Source of the DNA: Daphnia carinata
Taxonomy: Eukaryota
DNA length: 64,000 nt
Direction of reading: 5' to 3'
Assembly (NCBI RefSeq): GCF_022539665.2
Contig: NC_081331.1
Location: forward strand, 13,702,001-13,766,000
The notes under the pieces: model-generated
The model's input: the letters and a program-made list of their open reading frames with translations, nothing else
The model's database searches: none
Told to the model about the DNA's origin: nothing
Shown here: in pieces, positions 52,801 through 64,000 of the stretch
Numbering within the stretch: position 1 is the first letter of the stretch
Layout of the letters: the number at the start of each line of letters is the position of its first letter
Program-made: the position numbers and the translations under genes

Positions 52801-53889
52801 GGACAAAGTCCCCTTCACATTGCTGTGGAAATAAACTCGGTAGAAGTGGCGGAACTTCTTCTGGAAAACGGTGCGAATGTTAATGCAGTAGACGATTTCG
52901 GCAGAAGTCCTTTACATATTGCCGTGTTCCATAACTCGATAGAAATGGCGTATCTGCTGCTCAACAACAGAGCCAACCCTAACGTTAACCAACCGGGGAA
53001 AAAAGCTACTGCTGCTCCTGTGCTGTATCTTGCCGTGACAAAAGAATCACTCCAAATGGTAGACCTTCTGCTCAAGGCAGGTGCCGATCCAAATTTAACC
53101 ACATCACAAGGCGAAACTCCATTGCACGTAGCTGCGCTTCTCAAACCGACATGTCCAATCCGATCACAAATAGTAAAGTTACTTATCGACTGGAAAGCAA
53201 ATGTGAATGCTGGGGATATGAGGGGTCGAACTCCGCTTCATCTTGCAACATTCAACGCGGCTGAAGAAATTGTAAAACAGTTATTGGAATACCAATTTAT
53301 CGAAATCAATTCAAAGGACAACATTCGAGGGATAACTCCCTTACACTTGGCTGCTTGGTATGGTCGTGAAAACATAGCTGAATTACTTATTGGCAAAAAA
53401 GCCAAAGTTGATGTCGAAGATAAAAATCGCCAAACACCTCTCGAATACGCTGCTTCATCAAATTCCGTTAATGTAGCCAAACAGTTATTAACAGCCGGTG
53501 CCGCAGCAAAAACACGGAATTACCAGAAGAGTTACCGTTCACCGTTACATATTGCAGCAGCCCATGGTGCACGAGAAGTCGCCGAGCTCCTGATTGAAAA
53601 AGGCGCGGATGTGTATGCCACTGACGGGTTTGATTTAACTCCGTTTCATTATGCGGAATGCCGTAACCAGAAGAACTTCTTTCAGTTCCTCCAGAAAAGC
53701 AGCAATGAGAAACATTTGTCTCATTCTTTAATGAGCAAGCAACTTAGTCCAGCAGACATGGCCGAAATTTATGAATTGACAAACAGTTTTCAACATATGA
53801 CTCTCCCTGGCATTGAAGTAAGCTTGTCTGGCTTTCAAAACCAGGTCGATAGTATAACCGTTGCTTATCAACAAGTATTGATGTACTAG
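49880..53889 (+). CDS. Pseudokinase / degenerate-KEN x2 plus C-terminal ankyrin repeat protein (B2)
   Basis: GDIFSLGCSFYSVITGGQHPFG, HPYLW, FPDLLFSVY, YHSNNLIHGNL, HPFFW, then a longer ANK array than B1. Confidence 0.78.
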
Positions 53890-55330
53890 AAATTTTAGAC
53901 ACTATGCTAATCCAGCACGCTGTTGCTCATCATTTTAATCACATGTGCATTTGTAGTGAGTTTTGTAGGCAGTAAGACAGTCACCTGATTTTAAAAATCC
54001 CCCCCAAATTTTTGCTAAGCGAATAAACAGGTTAATTGCCGATCAATTAAATTGCTATTAATCCGCCCACCCCCAACACATACACGCATTCATACGATGT
54101 TTATCTTAATAGTGGCCTGTACTACAATACGTCGAACATGGAATAACTGCCATAATATAGCTATCAAACTATTTAATCGTTTATTCGAACGATCCCTACC
54201 TGTAAAGTGCACCTGAGAGCCCTCATGAGCCGGTGTTTAACGTCGGCCAGAGTTCATTTGCGCTCAACTGTACTAAACCGGTTTTATGGAAATAAACTCT
54301 AGTAGTCCTGACTGATGTTGTGATTGTTATGAATGCCGAAGGAGACCAATTAAATCAAACCGGTACTGCCGTTTCCAAGGTTACTCAAAGCTAAGCAGAG
54401 TGCACTAACGGCCAGACATTCCTGACGTTTTAGTAATTACTTTCCCGTTTTCTACCTGCGACGAAGGTCAATATTGAGACTAGCAGACACACAATACCGT
54501 TTCTACACGAGAGCAAGAAAAAGAACTAAAGAAAACAAAAAACATCCCTTTAACAAGGTCGACATCGTTACGTAAGCCATTCATAAAAATGTTCAGCCTT
54601 CCAGACTTGTACCTCCATCTTCGGGAAATATGCGATTTCTATTAAATTGAAGCAGCTGAAAATCGATTGAGTAATTTCTAGGATTTCCTACCCTTACTTA
54701 AAAATATGAAGGCAGCATTAAACCTTCACAATTTGAACACCTTCGTCTTACTGAGCTTGTCAACGGCTATGGAGTCCTTTAGCTAAGGTTATCAATGAAG
54801 GTGAGAGCGCAAGAATGATAGAAATTATGCCTAAATAGGTGTGGTCTTTACTATAAATAAACAACGAATAAAACTACCCACCCAAGCCGATGAATTTGGC
54901 AATAAGAGCAAAAAGAAAAAGAGTGTAAATAGACACGTGATTAATACCACAATGATAACGTTCCAAACACGTTAATCTATTAAGGAGAAGACTAAATTTT
55001 GATTTTATGCAGAATACGCGTTGCTGCGGGTTTTCCCAGCAACATTTGCGTTTCGCTCGACATTTGTTGCATTCGCAGTGCAACTACCCACTTCATCAAC
55101 TACCTGCAATGACCTCCATGTAATCGACAAAGAACGAAACCAGTTTTCATTTTTCGCATTTATTTATCATGGCTTTAAGTCTACACGGTGAGTTCCAGCT
55201 GAAGAGATGCTATAGCACCGTTCAGAGTTAGCTCGTAGTTACGTTGTTAGAATTTAAAAGTAACTGAATCATGTAATCGCTTGATGGCTCGTCCGAAAGT
55301 GTTCATTTCCTAGTCGTGGCTTAGGCAGGT

Positions 55331-56018
55331 TCAGTGAGCGGGCATAGTCTCGATGAAAGAAGGTTCGTTCAGGCTCCTCCCGACTCTCTTCCTATTAGCA
55401 CCGTTTCTGTACCGCAGTATAATTTGACGGTCCGCGCGAGTTGAGGTTGCGCCCAATTTATCAAAGGCCGGAAATAAAGGGATGCTGCGTCCTCTCCTGG
55501 AACTACCTCTGTATCGCAGTTGAATTTGACGCTCTTTGCGGGCCGGAGTGGCAACTTTGTGAGCAGGGCGTTCGGACAACGAACGGTCATTCAAACTTCG
55601 ACCATTTCTTCCACCGCCTCTGTAACGCAATTGAATTTGACGCTTCGCGCGAACGGGAGCAGCGCTCGATTTAGGGTCCACGATAGTACCAGGCTGAACC
55701 GCGTTAGCATCCACCTGGACCGTTGGATTGAAGTAAGCCCAGGACCCTATGTTATTACCTGCAATGTCACGATAATAATTGGAAGGCTGGGCAGTGTAAG
55801 CGTAAACGTTGGACGGGGCGAACTGGCCATGAGAGAGCCACTGCACGGGGATAGTGGAGGGTACCGCGTAACCGTGGTAACCGCCGATAAACTGGGCCTG
55901 TGCGGCCACAGCAAACAGCAAAACGAGGGCTATCTGTAGGTGACAATTCAAATAAAAAAAAAAATATGGTACTGTGATTAAAGAAGGAGATGTTTGGATG
56001 GCTTACCTTAGACTTCAT
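55331..56018 (-). CDS. Secreted multi-peptide precursor with three QIxLRYR repeats
   Basis: MKSK|IALVLLFAVAAQA signal peptide (4-codon first exon). RAKR-QIQLRYRGGGRNGR, RKER-QIQLRYRGSSRRGR, RADR-QIILRYRNGANRKRVGR. TATAAAA (~56092-56098) and TCAGT upstream on the minus strand. Confidence 0.8.
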
Positions 56019-58338
56019 GGTGTAGCCAAATGTTGAGTGAAGCGCTGGCGAGCTTGAAGATGATACTGAAGAGAGCTGATTCTTCCGTCTCTTTTATACG
56101 GATTCACCTGACGAAAACAATTGCCATTTCTGTCAACAAAATCCCCAGCGATGCGCATTATTTTATTTATACGTTGTTGACCACACCCCGAAATCGGCAG
56201 ATGATACACGAGAAACATGTATAGCCATTGGTGCTTCGTATTTACGAAGAAGTCAAACTGCTTTGTATTGCTATCCAGCGATCCTGAAGGCGTTGCTGGT
56301 CGAGCTTTTAGACTCCGTCGACTCTGAATCTGGCTCTGCAACATTCAGACAACTCGACTGTATTTTCAGATAATCATACGTAATTGTTTGTGTACTTCTC
56401 CGCTTCTGCGAATGAAGACGCTGTCGGCAGAGAATTTAGGCGTATTGTAATTGGCGATAGTATTTTTCTGATTGGGTTTTTTGCTTTTTATATTTATCTT
56501 TGTTTGCAACAGTTGCCAATGAAATAATTAAATTGCTTCGTTCTTTAAATGGCGTTGTTTCAACTTTAAAGATGTCCAGGTAGCCAAAAGGGTAGTGCGA
56601 CACGATGGCAGTAGCAACCGCTTATGTAAATTTCATGCTACTAGATGTCCTTAATTGATTAAATAAAAAACAACAAAAAAGGAGAATACAGAAAAGACGC
56701 TTAGAGGTGAAAATGGTTGAAGAAGGTTAAAGAATACCTCTGGCTATATACTGTGATAACATTAAACCTGCTCCCGATTTTTTTTTTTTGGCTATAGATG
56801 ATTGAAGAGATGAGCCCCACCCTGGCATTCGAGGAATCTTCAAACTACTGTGTAATTATATTAAAATTACTTCGAATTGCTATACATGTTTCATTCCAAT
56901 TTAGTTTAGAGTAGCTGTCACTTACCATTGTCCGACAAGCTCAATTCTCGCTAATTTTCCTATCAAAGGAAAAACGCTTATAAGGCTAGTATAAAGGCAA
57001 CGCTCTACGTTCACATGAACTGAGAACCGCACTCATGGCGAATGCGAACGATTTTAGCTAACAAAAAATCTGGTTGGAATTTGCTGGTTGCAAACTGTCG
57101 GAATGATTCACGAATTTTCTATGCATTGCTGCGGACGTCTAAAATCGTTTGCGACGAATATTGGAGGAGCACTTGATGGTGTACGCAAATCAATTGAACG
57201 ATAATATCTATTAAGAAAACGACTCACAAGTAGGCTTCATGTATATTCACTAATGGTGGATGGTATTATTTAATTGATGAAATTAAATTTGGCTTTTGAA
57301 GCGCTGAGATCACGTATACCGTATCCTTTCGATTCTGGAAATCAGATGGACAGTTTGCGCTCGCTATTTATAACAAAGAGGCGGACGTTGGTCGAAATAA
57401 ACACGTTTCGTGTAGGAATAGCAAGGTGTTTTTCCATTCATGATACCCCAAACAGGGAATAGAAAATTGGGCAATAACTCATTCGAAATTATTAGCACTA
57501 TGTTAATGTTTGCTGTGACGGAGCCGTTGTCAAAAAACCCAATCCGTGGAGTTTTTTTTTGCGTACGTGACTGCAGCCTTACCAACTTGTTTTAAAACTT
57601 GTGTTTTCCCCATTTGAATCGGCACTTCAGGTGATTCACCTCCATTGTTTGTCTCAATTGTAAATAAGGCGTCGTCTGAACAGGTTTTTAGCTACTGGAA
57701 GCCTCTCGTTGTGTTTGTTTTAGATAAACGCTGGAAGGGGAATGCGAAACAGGTATTCGGAATTTGGGGGTTACGTTCAAGGTTAGTTCTCATACGGCGA
57801 GCTAAAGAGAAGCACGTGCCCGCTAAGCAAACGTAACGGACAAAATTCTTGGCGCCATACTTTTTCATGTGAAATTTCGAATAGTCATGCAATGGCCACA
57901 TTAGGTAATTTTTTTCTGGAATGCTGCCTTTTACTGGCATTCTTTTAATATTCTGACTGTAAAGTGACGAAATTTCTTCAAAATTTCAATTTTACATCGA
58001 AGACAAGTTTCTAATCCAGGTAAACAGCTAAGAAATCATCGCAAACTACCTCAACAATTTGATTTAGAAAATTTACCAAATGCTATTTTTAAATTTATTT
58101 CCTTTTCCTCCCAAGGCTAACATGGCATTAAGAAACAAGGGCGGAAAGCGTCGTCAAGGTAATCTGAGTGAAACAGGTATTAGTTTTGCTAGTCATCCAC
58201 AGAGAGTGCTCCAATTCTTTTGTTTATGTTGAACAAAAGTGGTTGTATTTTTTTTTATGTTGAGTGGCATGGGGTACAGTGAACAAGGTCAACCACAACT
58301 GATGACAAGAGTACAAATTTCTTTTTACAGGCCTTTAA

Positions 58339-58911
58339 TTAATCCCAAAATGTCGTGTCCATAGTTGATTCATATTCGTCATATGGCTTTTCAGACAAGC
58401 ATAACGTAGGTGTGCACAACGTAGGCCTGAACTCGCCATTTCTGTACCGCAGAATGTTTTTACGTTTCATTCGGACTGGGCCGGCTGTGAGGCTGGCCTT
58501 GACGGCGTCAACCTCACTTGCAACGGCTGCTACAAAGTTGGCAATAGGAGTAACAGGTAAGTCATCAGGAAGAGCATTTGTTCCACGAAAATTGGTGACG
58601 TAAGACGTGCGAACGATGTCATCACTTCCCGAGGCCCATGGTCCGAATGAGTTACCGACGCCATCAACAAAGACGGGGGCAGTTCCAGCGAGGATGGGAT
58701 AGGCAAAATCCACCTGGCCCAGTTGGTCCTGCAGGACCCATCCTAGTGGGATGGCGACCGTTTGCAGTTGGTAGTTTTCATGGCTACCAAGAAACCGAGC
58801 ATCAATGGTCGTTGCCAAAAGTAAGGCATAAACAATCTAAATAGCAAAATTGATCAATTCTCGAATTAATGCATGAAATGTAAATTTTTATTCGCTTACT
58901 TTACACATCAT
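58339..58911 (-). CDS. Secreted paralogue of the LRYR precursor (single repeat)
   Basis: MMCK|IVYALLLATTIDA, with the same 4-codon first exon and gtaagc donor. Shares IP..W, D..GN..G.WA, PVR.KR and ILRYRNG. Confidence 0.75.
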
Positions 58912-60170
58912 TGTGTTGTCTCTTGTATGGGGGTAAGAGCTGAAGGAGCTTAATACACGCTAGACGGAGAAGCTAAAGAAAATCTATTCGACTGATTCGT
59001 ATAGGCTGCAGAGCATTTTTTAAAATACGCTTACCATAGACGAAGAAACAGGATGGCCATGAATGTTTGCTATTAGCATCGTGCCAACGTTGTGTAGACT
59101 TTTCTTGTTATTTTGTTAGCCACACCCACTAGGAAAAGAGATAGTGTTCTGTTGAATTGCTAAACGACCTTGCTTTCGAACGTAACAATACGTATTTCCG
59201 GGTGTAAATTTTAATTATACAGTCTGCTCGATGCTCTAGTGCGAGGCATTCTGCATTGTCCTAAGAACCAATGGGATTAGCAGCAGGAATTATTTTTGGT
59301 TTAACAGGCCATTGTGCACAAATTTAATCGTAATAGTAGAGAATGTGCCAAAAGAACCTGTTCAAAATGATTTCAACCTGAAATTCAATTGAATCTATCA
59401 AATCTGAAATTTTAAAGTTCAGCTCCTCAACGTTCCCATAGATCCCAATCCTTTCTAAAAACAAAAATACCATTGCAACGTTTTTGCTTTATGCTAGAAG
59501 GTGAACTGTCGCGAACTGAAGTAAAAGTTCTACCTATAGACGCTACCTTGTAATTTATAAAACTGGTTCAATCATTATCTTTTTTTCTTCGCCTTGGGTG
59601 AACGTGATTAACTAGTCTGGCGATAAACATTCTTTATTACCAAACGAACTATACCCCAAAATTTTTCTATAGATCAATACTCTTTTACTAAAGTGTGATT
59701 CACTTCAATATACACCAATAACATTTCGAAGTAAACAGCGAACAGGCTATTAATCTTCTTTTCCCTCTATAAGAATATGTTTAAGTATATTGTATGGCAT
59801 TAACTACAGCGAAACCCACTAAAAAATATTTTGACGAACAGGTGCTGAAACATACAGAAAACGGATAGAAAATAGTGAAGCCGATCTTTCTTCAAAGGAT
59901 TAACCTTCAGCCAGTTTTCTTTTACAAGCTGATTGAACCCAACGCACCCAGAGCAAAAAAGGACAAAATCAACTAGAGGTAAGGAATTGGAAAACTCTTG
60001 ACAAAACGAGCGTTCGAGATAAATAGTTACCTTATTCTGCAAAACGAAAATCGTGGCTGTTGTATATTGGCTAACCGCCAATGCGTTGTATTTCAATCGA
60101 CAGGGACTTTACATTATAGTTATATTTGCCTTGATAGGAACCTTGAGTAACTTGTTTGTTACACGATTAA

Positions 60171-60253
60171 TATCAGGTGTGAGGATCGAACTCACGTCTC
60201 AATATAGAGACCAGAACTTAAGTCTGGCGCCTTAACCACTCGGCCAACCTGAT
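60171..60253 (-). tRNA. trnL-TAA: tRNA-Leu (anticodon TAA)
   Basis: ATCAGGT/ACCTGAT acceptor stem plus A discriminator; D arm GCCGAGTGGTTAAGGC; CCAGA-CTTAAGT-TCTGG anticodon arm; long variable arm; GTGAG-TTCGATC-CTCAC T arm. Confidence 0.93.
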
Positions 60254-60941
60254 TTGTTTAATTGGCAATGACCCGTGAAAGTATCTAAAAATTTAGAAAC
60301 ATGTCTAGTGATTCTCGGGTACTAAAAGGCTACGCATCCGAGTTTCACGAGACTGACGAAGTTTCACCCGAATTTGGATAGCGCCTCTCTTTTTTAAGTA
60401 AACGGACCACAAAAACGGTATGCCACCGTAATTCACTCGTATCTGAAAAGGGAGATGCTGTTGAAGATGTTTAAAGCTATTCATAACGAATGTCAGTTGT
60501 GTAACGTCTGGCCGTGGAAAAGACTTGTATCGTGCTAGATATATTAGAGGTTGAATATACGACGCAACCTTAAAACACATAACTGGCTAAATCTTGTTCG
60601 TGTTAAAGAGCGTGTGGGCTGCTAGGTTGGTCACAAGACTTGTGTCGTCACACAATCAACAACCATAACTTAATAGAAGCATTGCCATCCATGCCATTCA
60701 GTTTGGTGTGCTATTTGAGGTTTGACAGTTAACAGGCATTTTGTTTTTATCCATCTAAAAATTGTTTGCTGTTTCATGTAACCAAACGAAAGATTTGCTA
60801 CGAAATCTGAACGCTACAATCCATTTTTTGGGTATTCATCTCATTAAGCTTATTGTGGTAACAAAATACTTAATAAGCAAGTCTGTCGATTTTTCGGAGA
60901 CACATTGTTATCCACAACCCAATATCGTATTACTGCTATTG

Positions 60942-61549
60942 ATGGACTCCCGAAGAAGCTCAAATTCCACTTCTGCCTTCTTCGCTGTCGTTATTGGTAA
61001 ATATTATTACTTTGCTCTCAGCGTTCGCACGTAAAAATTTAAGAAAATCCTCGTCATTATTCGTTATGTAATTGTTCTTAATAGAACGACAAATTTTAGC
61101 TATTAGTAATTTACTAGCCAATCTAATCAGCTTCTATTGATCGGACTCCATTTTCTGTTCTAGTTATAATTGTGATACTTGTTATAACGGCGGGCCTTAA
61201 AAACTCTGCTCGTCCATGGCGCATCAGACGAGCTAACATGACATCATCCTCCCATCAACGAGGACGATCTTCACCAATCCTCGTTTCTTCAATTAAAAGC
61301 GCATCTATACGTAACAATAAGACAGCCATCATTTTACAGTCCCTCAACAAAACAAAACCTAAATGGTAATACGTTAAGTTTTGCTTTCACAACTTTAATC
61401 GCTTAATGGAATTGTTTGAAAGGAATCCCAATAATCCGAGGCCACATGCTGTTCAATGGCGCCCGATCACGTTGAAGACAAAAGAGATAAGCCAGCGCCC
61501 GCATTTGAACGACAGCGTTGCATCCACGTTATCAAGAAATGCAGGTTGA
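60942..61549 (+). CDS. Small single-TM protein, KxKW family (member 2, divergent)
   Basis: Exons 60942-60996, 61164-61365 and probably 61423-61549 give MDSRRSSNSTSAFFAVVIVIIVILVITAGL..NKTKPKWNPNNPRP..RNAG*. Same intron positions and phases as members 1 and 3. If the last intron is retained the ORF ends at W (61369). Confidence 0.6.
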
Positions 61550-62489
61550 TGCGAAACACCTTCAAATAGAGACTTCGTTTTTTGCGATTACTCATGCATT
61601 TGTTTTGAAGCCTTGGAATCAACTATCCAATTTCACAGCCCCGAGTGTGTCATAAAGACCTTTATCGCTTTCTCTTGCACTTTTTTAACACCCACGTTGC
61701 ACGTAGCCGTTAATTCTGTCATATTGGATCATAGATTCTTGCAACTTTTGGGTTTTCAGTAAAACTCCATTCGAGCCTTTTTTTTGTTGACGAATACACG
61801 TTCCGTAAGGGACTTGGCTTTTTCCGAGCAGAAATGATGCCAGATATAGTTGGCAGTTTCGGAATGTGATCTGAGCTATATTTACCGTTGCTGTGGAAGG
61901 CTCTAAAAATAGATATCTTGTGTCAGGATACCTCCAATTGGTTAATTTATTTAATTATGGTTTAGTGACGTTTTCAATCTTTAAATGGGGGAAACCCATT
62001 CTGGTCATCCAAAAAGCATGTGTTCTTAGAAGTACCACGGATCACGCAAATGTTCTGTCCATTGTTATTCTGTTATCATCCCGTTGGTTATACCTCACCA
62101 GATTTTCAAGAGCTTATCTATAGATGGCGTGGATGACGCTTCTGTTATCTTTTTTTCGTCCCTGTGCTGCTGCTTGTAAGGTGAAACACTTGGATGGCGA
62201 TAGAACACAGTTATTAACCTAACGTCACAACGTACTGAGGCGGTGGCTCGCTAACGGGGTTGGCAGCGTGACTGAAGTGCATCTCGTATCCACTCCTATT
62301 TTCTTATTCTTCGTGAACATCTCCAAGTGACTTAATGTGGAGACGTAGGAAAAAAATTTTCGAAACCAGTTAGAAACGTATGTGTTGTGGTGCTGATGCA
62401 ATATAGTGCTGTTGGCTCTTTGAAAAGTGTCATCAGTCTCATACAAAAACTTGTTAGTTCTCTTTCCGGTGTTGCTTCAAGTTCGACAA

Positions 62490-63285
62490 ATGGGGCCTAC
62501 CGGGAAGATGATAATTGTGTTCTTCTTCGTTGCCTTAGGTACGGTGAAAATTCCTATGGAGATAAGAAAAATTTGTGAGTCGAAAAGTTACGTATGTGCT
62601 GTAGGTCTATACGGCATCTGATGTTGCGTTTTTTCCAACGCCGTTTAAGACGGAACGTGAATGTATGAGTCATGCGTTTATACTTTGGATGTAGGGCCAA
62701 ATGCGTATTTAGAAAAGGAATGCACTAAGAACAGTAGAAAAAGTGTATTCGAAAAAAGGAATATACGTCAATAATGTATGTTGTCACGCTGAAGGCTTAT
62801 CTTTGACGTAGCTGTTTAGACATAATGGTGCCACTCTTCACTATCTTGGTATTCAGCCAAATTGCTCTCCAATGATGCCCAAAGGCCAGATGCCCGCTGT
62901 ACGACAAATGTAGTAGAATGACAACTCTTTAGTTCCCCTAACTAGGCTCCATCCCGCGACAAAAATTTCTAGTAGTTTAATGCTAAATCATTTGCTTGAA
63001 TTTCATTCCCCGTGTTCTAGTGGTACTAGTGGTTGTCATTGCAAGCACTTTGTCGGGGCCGGCAGATCCAGGAAAATGGAATTCTACACAGCCAAACGGT
63101 ACAGAAGATCTGTCTATGGGGGCCATTGGCCTCGCTCCGAATCGCGGTAGTACCGGAACCGGCGTCGACAAAACCGGAAAACTCAAGCCCAAATGGTATG
63201 TTTGGTTGATTCATTTGTGCATGACGATCAGAGATCTTCATTTAAAGAATTACCCGTTATTTCCCTTTTGTTTTACAGGGGGTGA
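62490..63285 (+). CDS. Small single-TM protein, KxKW family (member 3)
   Basis: Exons 62490-62538, 63021-63195, 63279-63285 give MGPTGKMIIVFFFVALVVLVVVIASTLSGP..MGAIGLAPNRGSTGTGVDKTGKLKPKWG*. Confidence 0.72.
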
Positions 63286-64000
63286 TCGGGCATTTCAGGA
63301 GTGTGGACATACTTGCCCAAGTTTCCAGAAATACAGCGTGTTCACTTATGCATGTGTGTGTTATTTACGTTTATTTTTCATGATCGTTCACTGAATTTCT
63401 GTTTTCATTTGAACTTGTTGATTCCAAAGACCCAAGTCATTAACCGGTTATACTTTCATCATTTCCCACTGTTAAATGTCATCACACAATTTTTCACTCA
63501 ATACATCATTTGTAAATACTTGACAACGTTGGTGCACTCATTTGAATTTTAGAACGTCTGCATTTTCAGTCAGTTATTTTCTTTGAGCTCACGTTGGTGT
63601 CTGTTTAATTGTACAAATCGTAAATGTATCAAAGTAATGTTTCTCGATTATGAAGATGAAACCTTTCCCGAACAATCAATGGAAGAAATCGTACCAAAGA
63701 GAGGTAATAATCAATACAAAACCTAGTTCTACCTCGTGCTATCTCCAAAAATCCATTCTTTCTTTTTTACGGTGTGTTAGATGTGAATATTCCGCAGTTG
63801 ACGTGCATGGGAAAAGTTAGTTTTGCGGAAGACTTATTCCATCCAGCTGGTTATGTTTGCAGCAGAGAATTTGACTCTGTGCTCAGTAATCGAGATCCCG
63901 CTCATTGCTTGCATGTTGATGAGAATGTGTGGCTCTTCAACAAGTGTTTCATTTTTGAAGAAGCCTTTTTTAATGATCATGTTTTACTTTTTACCCTCTT

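Larger units (their letters stand above)
38770..54155 (+). repeat. Tandem segmental duplication (unit 1 ~38770-46015; unit 2 ~46300-54155)
   Basis: Colinear similarity of upstream DNA (gtattgattacgacgtttg..), both genes, the intergenic DNA and the 3' flanks. Confidence 0.9.

Noticed and set aside
39284..53889. Calling these genes canonical IRE1 or RNase L orthologues
   Set aside because: There is no lumenal or TM region, kinase catalytic motifs are lost, and ANK repeats are C-terminal and on a separate ORF, so no gene symbol was assigned.
63283..63285. Terminal Gly-TGA read as selenocysteine
   Set aside because: Sequence after the TGA is not conserved between paralogues and I could not identify a SECIS element.
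62996..63394. Apparent non-AUG (TTG) starts for the KxKW ORFs, here and at 33059
   Set aside because: Upstream ATG-bearing exons with in-phase donors exist (62490-62538; 33763-33700).

Overview
Eukaryotic, gene-dense, AT-rich DNA with many short (mostly ~55-100 nt) introns. The divergent ionotropic receptor and the Gr with a TYLVILIQ motif fit an arthropod, most likely a water flea (Daphnia-like; inference). In order the window holds: an IR; coilin and B3GNTL1/QTGAL, convergent with stop codons overlapping in one CTAG; five paralogous signal-peptide/TM genes sharing a fixed-length polyQ-polyN cassette; two sushi (CCP) receptors with ITIM/ITSM-like tails; a Gr; a ~7.3-7.9 kb tandem duplication; two secreted precursors with furin-flanked LRYR peptides; tRNA-Leu(TAA); and three small single-TM paralogues sharing exon structure and a KxKW motif. 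Each duplicated unit carries an IRE1/RNase L-type pseudokinase-KEN gene that keeps its RNKxxH nuclease motif, followed by a pseudokinase/degenerate-KEN/ankyrin gene, resembling a split RNase L. Degenerate tRNA-derived repeats are also present. All gene models were spliced by eye and no database searches were run.
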